Assembly: GCA_036274575.1 (NCBI GenBank)
Contig: DASUFJ010000021.1
Span: 8,347 to 72,346 of the forward strand
Length of the DNA stretch: 64,000 nt
Source: Candidatus Limnocylindria bacterium
GTDB taxonomy: Bacteria; Chloroflexota; Limnocylindria; QHBO01
Reading direction: 5' to 3'
Below, one piece after another: positions 10,193-19,116 of the stretch. Position numbers and translations under genes: made by a program. The notes below the pieces were generated by a model that worked only from the letters and a program-made list of their open reading frames with translations, ran no database searches and was not told where the DNA came from. Each line of letters starts with the position of its first letter. Within the stretch, counting starts at the first letter, position 1.

Positions 10193-11275
10193 GTGACGCG
10201 GGGAGGGCGCGGGTCCGCATCGGCTCCGCCGGTGCTGGTCGAGGTCACCCGGGGAGACCGCGTCGAGTCGGTCCACCGCGGCGCGATCGCCTTGCTGGCC
10301 GGCGATGGCAGGCTTGTGGCCAGCGTCGGTGATCCGGACCAGTTCGCCTTCATCCGCTCCAGCGCCAAGCCGTTCCAGCTGGCGCCGTTCGTCGCCTCCG
10401 GTCGCTTCGACGAGTACCGCCTCGGCACCGAGGCCCTCGCGATCATGGCCTCCAGCCACAGCGGTGAGGACCGCCATGTCCGGCTGGTCCAGGAGATCCT
10501 GCGTGGCGCCGGGCTGACCAGCACCGTCCTCCAGAACCAGGTCCACGCCCCGTTCGACGTGAGCACGAACAAGCGCCTCATCCGCGACGGCGAGAAGCCG
10601 ACGGTCCTCCGCGGCAACTGCTCGGGCAAGCACGCCGGCATGGTCCTCTTCGCCAAGGCATCCGGCTGGCCGATCGACAGCTACTGGCATCCCGATCACC
10701 CCGTCCAGCGGCTCGCGCTCGAGACGGTCTCGGCCCTCTCCGACGTCCCGGTCGAGGAGATCGCCACGGCGACCGATGGGTGCGGCGTGGTGACCTTCGG
10801 GATGCCGATCCGCGGCCTGGCAACCGCCTTCGCGCGCCTGGCAGACCCATCCGCGGTCGCCGACCCACCGCTGCGATCCGCGCTGACCCGGATCAGGGAC
10901 GCGATGATGGCGCATCCGGAGCTCATCGCCGGTGAGCATCACCGGATCGACACGGCACTGATGCGCGCCCAACCGTCGCGGATCGTCAGCAAGGGCGGGG
11001 CGGAGGGCGTGCTGGCCATGGGCATCCCGCCCGGGGCGCTGCCGCCCGACGCGCCGTTCGGCAGCGAGCCGCTGGGCATTGCCGTGAAGGTCGAGGACGG
11101 CAACCTGGCCCGTCGCGCCGGCGACGTCGTCAGCGTGGAGGTGCTCCGGCATGTCGGGCTGCTGACCGATCCGCTGTCGGACTCGCTCGACGAGTACGCC
11201 GATCCGCCGATCGAGGACCCGCGCGGTGAGCGATCCGGGGAGGTCCGGGCCGTCTTCCGACCGCGAGCCGCCTGA
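10193..11275 (+). CDS. L-asparaginase II family protein
   Basis: Motifs VEVTRGDRVESVHRG, IRSSAKPFQ, SSHSGE, NCSGKHAGM and ATDGCG are characteristic of the Rhizobium-type asparaginase family. An alternative GTG start lies near 10232. Confidence 0.85.
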   Translation: MTRGGRGSASAPPVLVEVTRGDRVESVHRGAIALLAGDGRLVASVGDPDQFAFIRSSAKPFQLAPFVASGRFDEYRLGTEALAIMASSHSGEDRHVRLVQEILRGAGLTSTVLQNQVHAPFDVSTNKRLIRDGEKPTVLRGNCSGKHAGMVLFAKASGWPIDSYWHPDHPVQRLALETVSALSDVPVEEIATATDGCGVVTFGMPIRGLATAFARLADPSAVADPPLRSALTRIRDAMMAHPELIAGEHHRIDTALMRAQPSRIVSKGGAEGVLAMGIPPGALPPDAPFGSEPLGIAVKVEDGNLARRAGDVVSVEVLRHVGLLTDPLSDSLDEYADPPIEDPRGERSGEVRAVFRPRAA

Positions 11276-11288
11276 CCCAGCCGCCGCT

Positions 11289-14200
11289 CTACGTCGCGCT
11301 CGGCCGGCCTGACCGCTCCGCCGGCCGGCGCATGTGCCTGGCGTCCTCCGGCGCGAGCAGGCGCTCCAGGCCGTTGGCGCCAAGCGACCGCAGGAGACCG
11401 ATGAGCTCGGCCTCGTCGGCTCCCGGGTCGGCCGACAGGTGCCGCTCGTCGACGAGGCAGAGACAGAGGTGAAGCGGCAGGTCGAGTGAGCGCCATGCCT
11501 CGGCGGCCGCTCGATACCGGCCGCGCACGTCCGGGTCGCCCTCGAGCGCGGCGAGCCCGGCGCGGAGGGTCGTCGTGGTTGCCGCGGTCGCGCGGCCGCG
11601 CTGGTCCACGCCCTCGAGCGCATCGATGGCAGCGGCTGCCGCCTCGCGATCACCCTGCCAGAGGCTGGCCCGTGCGATGAGCGTGCGCTGGTACACGGGG
11701 TCGGCACCGCCGTAGCCCGCGACCGATGCCTCGCCCTGTGACCTCGCCTCGTCGAAGCGGCCGGCCACGAACGCGGCCCAGCCCCGCGCCTGGTGCACGC
11801 CGGCGAGGACCTGGGCGTCGGTGTCGGGAGGGATCGGCTCGAACGCGTCGAGGCCGCGCATCGGCGCATCGTCGCCCTGCAGGGCGTGGATGATGGCGGC
11901 GCTCGATGCCAGGACGATGCGATACTCGTCCGCCATCCCGTGCTCGGTGAGCTCATCGATGGTCGCCAGCGCCCATGCCCACTCGCCGGTGTCGATCGCG
12001 GTGGTGCAGGCGACGTCGGCCAGCTGGACGGCGACGTCGCCGAGGCCCATGGTCGAGGCCAGTTCGAAACCCTGACGCGCGATCTCCATCGTCGTGCGCG
12101 GGTCGTCGGCGACCAGCAGCCACGCCAGGTTGTTGCGCGCGCGCAGCTCAGTGTGCAGCGACCCGGCCTCCGCCGCCTGGGCGATGGCGGTGCGCAGGTC
12201 CGCCAGGCCGGCTTCCTCCTCGCCGAGCGCGTGGCGCGCCGTCCCACGCGTGATGAGGACGTCGGTGGCGACATTCGTCAGCCCAAGCGTCTGGGCGGCG
12301 GCGAGCGCTCGCTCTGCCCACTCGAGGGCGCCGCGGCTGTCGAGGATGACGAGCCGCGCTCGGGCGAGCTGGGCGGCGAGCTCGACGCGCGAGGGATCGG
12401 TCTCGAGGTGGCGGACGGCGCGCATCGCCGACTCGAGCTCGGCGAGGGCGGGCTCGTTGCGCTGACCGGAGAGGAGCACGCTCGCCAGGCGGGCCCGCGC
12501 GCGTGCCGCGCTCGACCGGTCGCGCGCCGACTCGTGGAGCTGCATGAGCCGCCGCAGATGCCGCTCGCTGACGTCGAGCTCGCCGGCGGCCCGCGCGGTG
12601 TCGGCGGCCTCGTCCAGGAGGGCGATCGTCTGCTCGGCGCCGTCCGCCAGCCGCAGGGCGACGTCGAGGTGAGCCAGCGCCCGCTGCGGGAGGTGCAGCC
12701 GGTTCGCGTCACGTGCGGCGGCGCGCAGCGCGGACACCGCTCGGCGCGCCAGCCTTCCTGCCTCTCGCTGGTCCGTGGTGAGGGCGTGCGCTGCCACGAG
12801 ATGGCCGGCCAGGGGTTCGGCCGATCCCTCGTCCTCCCGCGACTCGAGGTAGCGTGCCGCCGCGAGGTGGAGCGCGCGACGATCGCTGCGCGACAGCGTG
12901 CGATAGGCGAGCTCGCGAATGAGCTCCTGAACGAATGACAGCTCGCCTCGGCGTGGCGAGTTCAGGTCCTCGTCCACGGCCAGGAGCTCGCGGCGCACGA
13001 GGGCCTCGATCCGCTCCCGAGCGTCCTCGACGTCGGCACCCGCCACGCTGAGCAGCGCCTCGGGCCGGAACCGATGCCCGAGCACCGCCGCCGCCAGCAG
13101 GAGGCGCCGCTCCGATGCCGGCAGCGCATCGATGCGGGCGGCGATGAGTCCGTGGAGCGAGTCCGGAATCTCGATCGCGCGTGCCGCGTCGGCGCCGTCC
13201 AGGATGCGGGCGACCTCGACCGCGTAGAGCGGCACCCCGCCCGAGTGCTCCAGGATGCGGCCGACGAGCTCGCTTGGCAGGTTCGCCGCACGGCCGAGCA
13301 AGAGCTCGCGCATGGCGTCGTCGGGAAGCCGTTCCAGGTGGAGCGCGGTGAAGCTGCCGAGACCGACGCCCCATCCGGGCCGATGGTCGAGCAGCTCGGG
13401 CCGCGCCAGCGTGATGAGCAGGATCGGATGCGCGCGTGTCCAGGTGGCCAGGTGCTCGATGAACTCGAGGAGTCCCGGATCGGCCCAGTGGATGTCCTCG
13501 AACACGAGAACGGCCGGCGTGAGATCGGAGACACGCTCGAAGAAGCGTCGCCAGGCGGCGAACAGCTCGTCGCGGTCGAAGCCGTCGGCCCCCTCGCGGT
13601 CGAGCAGGACGGCCAGCCTGGGCTCGATCCAGCCGCGCTCATCCTCGTCGCGCACGAACACGGCGAGCGCCGTGCTCAGCTGGCGGCGTGCCAGCTCGGG
13701 CGCCATGCCCTCCTCGATCCGCAGCCTCCGCCGAACCATCTCGGCGACCGCCGCGTAGGCGACCTCTGCGCCGTACGCGGGTGCGCGGCCCGCGTGCCAG
13801 GCCACCTCCTGCGGGAGCTGGTCGATGTACGCGTACAGCTCCTCCACCAGGCGGCTCTTCCCGATGCCCGCAATGCCCACGATCGAGACGAGCCGGCTGC
13901 GCCGGTCGCGCGTCACCGCCGTCAGGAGATCGGTGAGCTCACGAAGCTCGCGCTCGCGTCCGACGAAGGCGCCGGTGTGCCGGCCGGCCGGACGGCCCGG
14001 GGTGGCCGCGTCGGACGGATCCGCGCGGTAGGCCTCCAGCCGGCCGGACCTGCCCTTCAGCGAGAGGCTGCCGACCGCCTCGAACGCCGCGGCCTGCGGC
14101 GCGAGGTCGCGCGTCGCGGTGTCGACCAGGACGCCGGCCCGGGGAGCGCGCGACTGCAGGCGGGCCGCGACGTTGACGAGGTCGCCGGCCACCATCCCCT

Positions 14201-14750
14201 GCCCGAGGGCGCCGACGGTCACCGCGGCCTCGCCGGTGGCGACCGCGCCCCGAGCCCGAAGCGATCGGCCGGACGCGGGGCCGCCGAGCCGACCGACGGC
14301 GTCGACGAGGGCGAGGGCGGCCCGGACCGCCCGCTCGGCGTCGTCCTCGTGGGCGGTCGGCGCGCCCCACACGGCCATCACGGCGTCGCCGATGAACTTC
14401 TCGATCGTCCCGCCGTAGCTGGCCACCACCGATCGCGCGACGTCGAAGTAGCGGGACTGGACGGCGCGCACCTCCTCCGGATCCATCGACTCTGCGAGGG
14501 GGGTGAAGTTCTCGAGGTCGACGAACATGACCGAGACCCGGCGGCGCTCAGCGGTTGCCGGTGCTTCGGCCGGCGCATCGATCGGGGCGGGGATCGCCCC
14601 GCCGACCGGCGTGCCGCAGGATGCGCAGAAACGGGCACGCGGCGGGAGCTCCGCGTCGCAGCTGGGGCACGTCGAGGCGAGGCGGCTCCCGCAGGACGCG
14701 CAGAAGCGCGCGCCCTCCGGGTTATCCGACTCGCAGGTCGCGCAGAGCAT
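11289..14750 (-). CDS. double zinc ribbon / class III nucleotidyl cyclase / AAA(STAND-like) ATPase / TPR-like repeat protein
   Basis: 1153 aa. Four CxxC pairs at the N-terminus. Cyclase motifs VMFVDLENFT, EKFIGDAVMAVWG and GDLVNVAARLQ. Walker A GIAGIGKS and Walker B LVFEDIHWAD. The C-terminal roughly 450 aa is helical-repeat (Ala/Leu/Arg rich). No LuxR HTH at the end. Confidence 0.9.
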   Translation of the reverse strand: MLCATCESDNPEGARFCASCGSRLASTCPSCDAELPPRARFCASCGTPVGGAIPAPIDAPAEAPATAERRRVSVMFVDLENFTPLAESMDPEEVRAVQSRYFDVARSVVASYGGTIEKFIGDAVMAVWGAPTAHEDDAERAVRAALALVDAVGRLGGPASGRSLRARGAVATGEAAVTVGALGQGMVAGDLVNVAARLQSRAPRAGVLVDTATRDLAPQAAAFEAVGSLSLKGRSGRLEAYRADPSDAATPGRPAGRHTGAFVGRERELRELTDLLTAVTRDRRSRLVSIVGIAGIGKSRLVEELYAYIDQLPQEVAWHAGRAPAYGAEVAYAAVAEMVRRRLRIEEGMAPELARRQLSTALAVFVRDEDERGWIEPRLAVLLDREGADGFDRDELFAAWRRFFERVSDLTPAVLVFEDIHWADPGLLEFIEHLATWTRAHPILLITLARPELLDHRPGWGVGLGSFTALHLERLPDDAMRELLLGRAANLPSELVGRILEHSGGVPLYAVEVARILDGADAARAIEIPDSLHGLIAARIDALPASERRLLLAAAVLGHRFRPEALLSVAGADVEDARERIEALVRRELLAVDEDLNSPRRGELSFVQELIRELAYRTLSRSDRRALHLAAARYLESREDEGSAEPLAGHLVAAHALTTDQREAGRLARRAVSALRAAARDANRLHLPQRALAHLDVALRLADGAEQTIALLDEAADTARAAGELDVSERHLRRLMQLHESARDRSSAARARARLASVLLSGQRNEPALAELESAMRAVRHLETDPSRVELAAQLARARLVILDSRGALEWAERALAAAQTLGLTNVATDVLITRGTARHALGEEEAGLADLRTAIAQAAEAGSLHTELRARNNLAWLLVADDPRTTMEIARQGFELASTMGLGDVAVQLADVACTTAIDTGEWAWALATIDELTEHGMADEYRIVLASSAAIIHALQGDDAPMRGLDAFEPIPPDTDAQVLAGVHQARGWAAFVAGRFDEARSQGEASVAGYGGADPVYQRTLIARASLWQGDREAAAAAIDALEGVDQRGRATAATTTTLRAGLAALEGDPDVRGRYRAAAEAWRSLDLPLHLCLCLVDERHLSADPGADEAELIGLLRSLGANGLERLLAPEDARHMRRPAERSGRPSAT

Positions 14751-14766
14751 CAGGCGTTGGGACGGG

Positions 14767-15240
14767 TCAGACGCCCTCGCCGAAGCCCGGCGTCTCCTGC
14801 GACGTGTCCTCCTGCTTGTAGATCATCATGCCGGCCCGGGCGCCGTCCTCGGCGACGAGCGCGAACCACTTCCAGCGGGCCATGGTGCGGTCGTGATTGA
14901 TGACGAACGTGCCGATCTGGGCGTGGGCGTCGTCATCGGGGAATCCGTCGATGCCGCCCTCAATGCCGTCGACCTCGCCACGGAAGACCTTGTGCGGCTT
15001 GTGCAGCATCCATTCGGATTCGCGGGTGCTGCTCTTGAAGACGGCGAACGTGAAGCTGAACGGCGCGTTCAGGAAGGCCTGGATGACCGGGTCCTCCCTG
15101 GCTTCGTCCGTGAACAGCGCGGGGTTGTTGAGCCGGGTGAAGGCGTTGTAGCCCTCATCCGGACCGTACCCATTGTCCGCCCCGGCAGGAAAGGCGTCGT
15201 AGTTGGCTTCTTCGTCGAAGCCGCCCTGGTTGACCACCAT
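14767..15240 (-). CDS. hypothetical acidic cytoplasmic protein (157 aa), family not recognised
   Basis: ATG at 15240-15238, by residue counting in ORF 14767..16302. The remainder of that ORF is antisense to gltX. Composition looks protein-like (K, F, Y, W, D, E rich; no Arg bias). Its stop lies 16 nt upstream of the cyclase/STAND gene on the same strand. Confidence 0.6.
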   Translation of the reverse strand: MVVNQGGFDEEANYDAFPAGADNGYGPDEGYNAFTRLNNPALFTDEAREDPVIQAFLNAPFSFTFAVFKSSTRESEWMLHKPHKVFRGEVDGIEGGIDGFPDDDAHAQIGTFVINHDRTMARWKWFALVAEDGARAGMMIYKQEDTSQETPGFGEGV

Positions 15241-15327
15241 TGCTCGGACCTCCGGTGCTATCCGGCGATGATAAGGGCGGTCGAGGGTGGTGCCTACCCC
15301 TCGGGATCGGGCTGGTAGCATCGACGC

Positions 15328-16812
15328 ATGGACCGACCGATGCGGGTGCGCATGGCGCCCAGCCCGACCGGCCCGCTCCACATCGGCACCGCGCGCACCA
15401 GCCTCTACAACTACCTGGCGGCGCGGCACGCCGGCGGGACCTACGTCCTGCGCATCGAGGACACGGACACCGCTCGGAGCACGGCCGACCACGAGCGCGA
15501 CATCATCGACAACCTCCACTGGCTTGGGATCACCTGGGACGAGGGTCCCCAGGTGGCCGGCGGTGAGGACGTCGGGCCGTATGGCCCGTATCGGCAGAGC
15601 GAACGGATGGACCTGTATCGTCGCGAGGTCGAGCGGCTGCTGGTGTCGGGCGCGGCGTATCGGTGCTGGTGCACGCCGGAGGAGCTCGAGGCGGTTCGCA
15701 AGGCGCAGGAGGCAGCCAAGGAGCCGCCCCGCTACAACCGGCGCTGCCTGAACCTGACCGATGCGGAGCGTGCCGCTTTCGAGGCGGAGGGTCGCCCCTC
15801 GGTCATTCGCTTCAGGGTGGAGCCGGAGCGGATCCGCTTCGACGACCTCATTCGCGGCGAGGTCGAGTTCGACAACGCGCTGCTCGGCGACTTCGTCATC
15901 GTTCGCGCGGATGGCGTCCCGCTCTACCACTTGGTGGTGGTCGTGGACGATCAGGCGATGGAGATCACCGATGTCATCCGCGGCGAGGACCACCTCAGCA
16001 ACACGCCGAAGCACATCGCCCTGATCCGCGCCCTCGGCTACCGCGAGCCGCGCTTCGGGCACATCCCGCTCATTCTCAACCCGGACCGCAGCAAGATGAG
16101 CAAGCGGAAGAGCCAGACCGCGATAGGCGACTACCGGCTGCAGGGCTACCTGCCCGAGGCGATGGTCAACTTCCTCGCCTTCCTCGGCTGGTCGCCGGGG
16201 ACGGAGGAGGAGATCTTCAGCCTCGACCAGCTCGCCGATCGGTTCTCGATCGACAAGGTGCACAAGGGTGGGGCCATCTTCGACCGGGATCGACTCGACC
16301 ACCTCAACGGGGTCTACATCCGCGCGCTGGAGGACACCGAGCTGGCGCGCCGCCTGCGCCCGTGGGTGCCGGAGGAGGTGACGGACGACGCGCTCGAGGG
16401 CCTCGTGCCACTCGTCAAGGAGCGCATGGTGCGGCTGGGAGACGTCGCCGAGCTGGCCGGCTTCACCTGGGAATCGGACGACCTGGTCGCCAGCCGCTAC
16501 TCGCCGGAGGGCCTGGAGCCGAAGCGCGGCGGGCCGGATGCCGCGCGCATGGCGCTCGCGGGCGCGCGGGAAGCGGTCGCGTCGGTGTCCGAGGCCGATT
16601 TCGACGCCGAGATCCTCGAGGAGCGATGCCGCGCTGCCGCGGAGGCCGCCGGCATGAAGGCCGGTGACTTCTTCGCGCCCATCCGCATGGCGGTGACCGG
16701 CCGCAGCGTGTCGCCTCCGCTGTTCGCCTCGATGGCAGTCCTCGGCCGTGAGCGGGTCCTGGCGCGCATCGACGCCGCGCTGGGCACGCTGGTCCCGGAG
16801 CCGGCGGCATGA
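15328..16812 (+). CDS. gltX: glutamate--tRNA ligase
   Basis: HIGH motif (PTGPLHIGTAR) and KMSKS motif (KMSKRK). 494 aa. Confidence 0.95.
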   Translation: MDRPMRVRMAPSPTGPLHIGTARTSLYNYLAARHAGGTYVLRIEDTDTARSTADHERDIIDNLHWLGITWDEGPQVAGGEDVGPYGPYRQSERMDLYRREVERLLVSGAAYRCWCTPEELEAVRKAQEAAKEPPRYNRRCLNLTDAERAAFEAEGRPSVIRFRVEPERIRFDDLIRGEVEFDNALLGDFVIVRADGVPLYHLVVVVDDQAMEITDVIRGEDHLSNTPKHIALIRALGYREPRFGHIPLILNPDRSKMSKRKSQTAIGDYRLQGYLPEAMVNFLAFLGWSPGTEEEIFSLDQLADRFSIDKVHKGGAIFDRDRLDHLNGVYIRALEDTELARRLRPWVPEEVTDDALEGLVPLVKERMVRLGDVAELAGFTWESDDLVASRYSPEGLEPKRGGPDAARMALAGAREAVASVSEADFDAEILEERCRAAAEAAGMKAGDFFAPIRMAVTGRSVSPPLFASMAVLGRERVLARIDAALGTLVPEPAA

Positions 16813-17552
16813 CCGACGCGACGCCCGGCGAGCAGGCGCCGCGCCTGGACCAGCTCCTGGACGGCGACCTCCTCGTCCCCATTCGCTCCTCCTCCGGCGA
16901 GATGCCCGATGCCGAGCGGCTGCTGCCCGACGCCTATCGCCATGGCACCGATGAGTCGGGTGAGCGCTTCATCGCCGCCTTCACGGCGCCCGACACGCTG
17001 CGCGACTACGGGCCGCCGGGCAGCGACCACGTCCGGATGGCGGCCCGAGACCTCTTCGAGCGTGCCGATGCCGTCCAGGAGCGCGTGGTCATCGATGCCG
17101 GCGCGCCGACGCAGGTCGAGATCGCCGTCGGCGTGCTCCCGTTCCTGGCCGCGGGCATCGACCCCAACCGTCCGGATGCGATGCGGGCGCGGAGGCCACT
17201 CGGCGACCTGCCGCCGCTCGAGGCGCCCGAGCAGGTGCCCGACCCGTTCGGCCGAGAGCTGACGGCGGCGCTCGAGGAGATGGCGAAGGTGGACCGCGCA
17301 TGGCTGCTCCGAGCCGGTACGGCCTGGACCGCCGGGATCCAGCTCGCGCCGGACGCGGTCCTGGCCGACTTCGATGCCGTTCGCAACCGGCTCCACGCGG
17401 TCGCCACCGAGCACCTCGGCTCGCGGCGCCTGCTGGCCGTCACGGACCTCCGGGCGCCGGCGCTGCGCGAGCTGTACGACGCCACCGCCGCACCGTTCTA
17501 CGTGCGCCGGGGCGCGCAGAGGAGCATCCTCGGCCGGATCTTCGGCGGCTGA
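16809..17552 (+). CDS. SseB-family protein (function unknown)
   Basis: The ATG overlaps the gltX TGA (ATGA at 16809-16812). The N-terminal region LLVPIRSS...ERFIAAFTAPDTL resembles the SseB N-terminal domain. Family assignment is by eye only. Confidence 0.65.
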   Translation: MTDATPGEQAPRLDQLLDGDLLVPIRSSSGEMPDAERLLPDAYRHGTDESGERFIAAFTAPDTLRDYGPPGSDHVRMAARDLFERADAVQERVVIDAGAPTQVEIAVGVLPFLAAGIDPNRPDAMRARRPLGDLPPLEAPEQVPDPFGRELTAALEEMAKVDRAWLLRAGTAWTAGIQLAPDAVLADFDAVRNRLHAVATEHLGSRRLLAVTDLRAPALRELYDATAAPFYVRRGAQRSILGRIFGG

Positions 17553-17561
17553 CGCAGGCCG

Positions 17562-18593
17562 TCAGGGAACCAGGACGAAGCGCCCGTCCACCTTCCGCTC
17601 CCGCAGCTTCGCGTGCGCCTTCGCGGCGTCCCGCAGCGGCACGCGCTCGACGTTCCATCGCAGGCGGCCGCGGCGCGCGAGGCGCACCACGTCGCGCAGG
17701 TCGTCGCGCGAGCCCCAGGCGACGGTCGTGAGCCAGGCTTCGAGCGGGGTCGTCTCGAAGCCGAAGGGCAGATGGCCGCCGGCCTCGCCGACGAGCATGA
17801 CGAGGCCGTCCGGCGCCACGACGGCGGCGGCATGCGCGAGGGTCTCGTCGGTGCCGACGACGTCGAAGATGACGTCCGCCGCTCCGCCCAGCGCCTCGAT
17901 CGTCATCTCCGGTTCGCCGCCCAGCAGGCCGTAGTCGGCGCCCAGCTCGGCGGCGCGCTCGAGGCGAGCGGGGTCCAGCTCGCGGACGCCGATGCGACGG
18001 CTGGCTCGGCCGCGTCCGAGGCGCAGGTACTGGAGCGTGAACTGGCCGAGCGCGCCACAGCCGATGAGGAGCACGCGCCGCTCGCCCTCGAGCCACGGCC
18101 CGGCCCGACGAACGGCGCGATAGGGCGTAACGCCCGCGTCGGCGAGGGGTGCGGCCGCGACCGGATCGAGGTCTCCGAGGCCGACCAGGTATCGCGGGTG
18201 CGGCACCAGCATGGCCTCCGCGTAGCCACCGTCGGCCTGGAAGCCCGGCGCCGTCGAGCGGGCGCAGCGCTGCTCCTGCCCCGCGAGGCAGTCGTCGCAG
18301 GCGCCGCAGCCCCAGCCGCCGGCGACGACGACGGGGTCTCCAACCTTCAGGCGAGCGCGGCGAAGGAGCTTGGGGGCATCGGGGCCGACGGCATCGATGA
18401 CCCCGGCCACCTCGTGGCCGAGCGTCCGCGGCAGCTCGACGCGGGCCTGGATGCCGTCGACGACGTGGAGATCGGTGTGGCACACGCCGCAGCCGGCGAC
18501 GCGGATGCGGACCTCGGTGCCGGCCGGCTCGGGGAGCGGGACGTCCTCGATCGTCAGCTGCTCGCCCGGGCCGCGGAGGCGGACGGCGAGCAT
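17562..18593 (-). CDS. zinc-binding alcohol dehydrogenase family protein
   Basis: GCGVCHTDLH catalytic-zinc motif, a second Cys cluster CGACDDC, and an LLIGCGALG Rossmann motif. Confidence 0.9.
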   Translation of the reverse strand: MLAVRLRGPGEQLTIEDVPLPEPAGTEVRIRVAGCGVCHTDLHVVDGIQARVELPRTLGHEVAGVIDAVGPDAPKLLRRARLKVGDPVVVAGGWGCGACDDCLAGQEQRCARSTAPGFQADGGYAEAMLVPHPRYLVGLGDLDPVAAAPLADAGVTPYRAVRRAGPWLEGERRVLLIGCGALGQFTLQYLRLGRGRASRRIGVRELDPARLERAAELGADYGLLGGEPEMTIEALGGAADVIFDVVGTDETLAHAAAVVAPDGLVMLVGEAGGHLPFGFETTPLEAWLTTVAWGSRDDLRDVVRLARRGRLRWNVERVPLRDAAKAHAKLRERKVDGRFVLVP

Positions 18594-18597
18594 CGGC

Positions 18598-19116
18598 TCA
18601 GGCGGAGGCGGCGGCGTCCCGGGTGGCGATGGGCATCGGCTCCGAGAGGATGCGCACCGCCTGGTCGACGATGCTGTCGGGATTCACCGGATCGATCACC
18701 GCCCGGACGCGTCCCTCGCGGTCCACCGCCAGCGCCATCGGCCGCGAGACGTTCACGTTGCTGCCGTCGGCAACCGTATCGACCTTCAGCAGGGCCACCG
18801 CCGAGCGGCGCTCATCGCTGAGCAGGATGAACGGGAGCTCGTGCTTCTTCACGAAATCGGCCTGCTGCTGCTCCGAATCGGTGCTGATCCCGGCGACCGC
18901 GATGCCCGCCTCGCGCAGGCGTTCGTGGCCCGCAGCCAGCGCCTCCACCGCGCTCACGCCCTTCTTGCGCGCCGCCCCCTTCAGGGTCGGGCCGCCGAAG
19001 AAGAGGAGGAGGACCGGCTGCTTCGTCACGAAGCTGCGCAGGTTGAGGAGATAGCCATCGGTCGCGCGAAGTCCGACCGAGGGAAGCGGATCGCCCTCGG
19101 CGAGGGGGGTGGTCAT
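18598..19116 (-). CDS. redoxin/peroxiredoxin-fold protein lacking any cysteine
   Basis: Bcp/AhpC-like layout (PLPSVGL..., VLLLFFGG..., ISTDSEQQQADFVKKHELPFILLSDE). The translation contains no Cys. The ATG overlaps the mutY TGA. Confidence 0.75.
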   Translation of the reverse strand: MTTPLAEGDPLPSVGLRATDGYLLNLRSFVTKQPVLLLFFGGPTLKGAARKKGVSAVEALAAGHERLREAGIAVAGISTDSEQQQADFVKKHELPFILLSDERRSAVALLKVDTVADGSNVNVSRPMALAVDREGRVRAVIDPVNPDSIVDQAVRILSEPMPIATRDAAASA

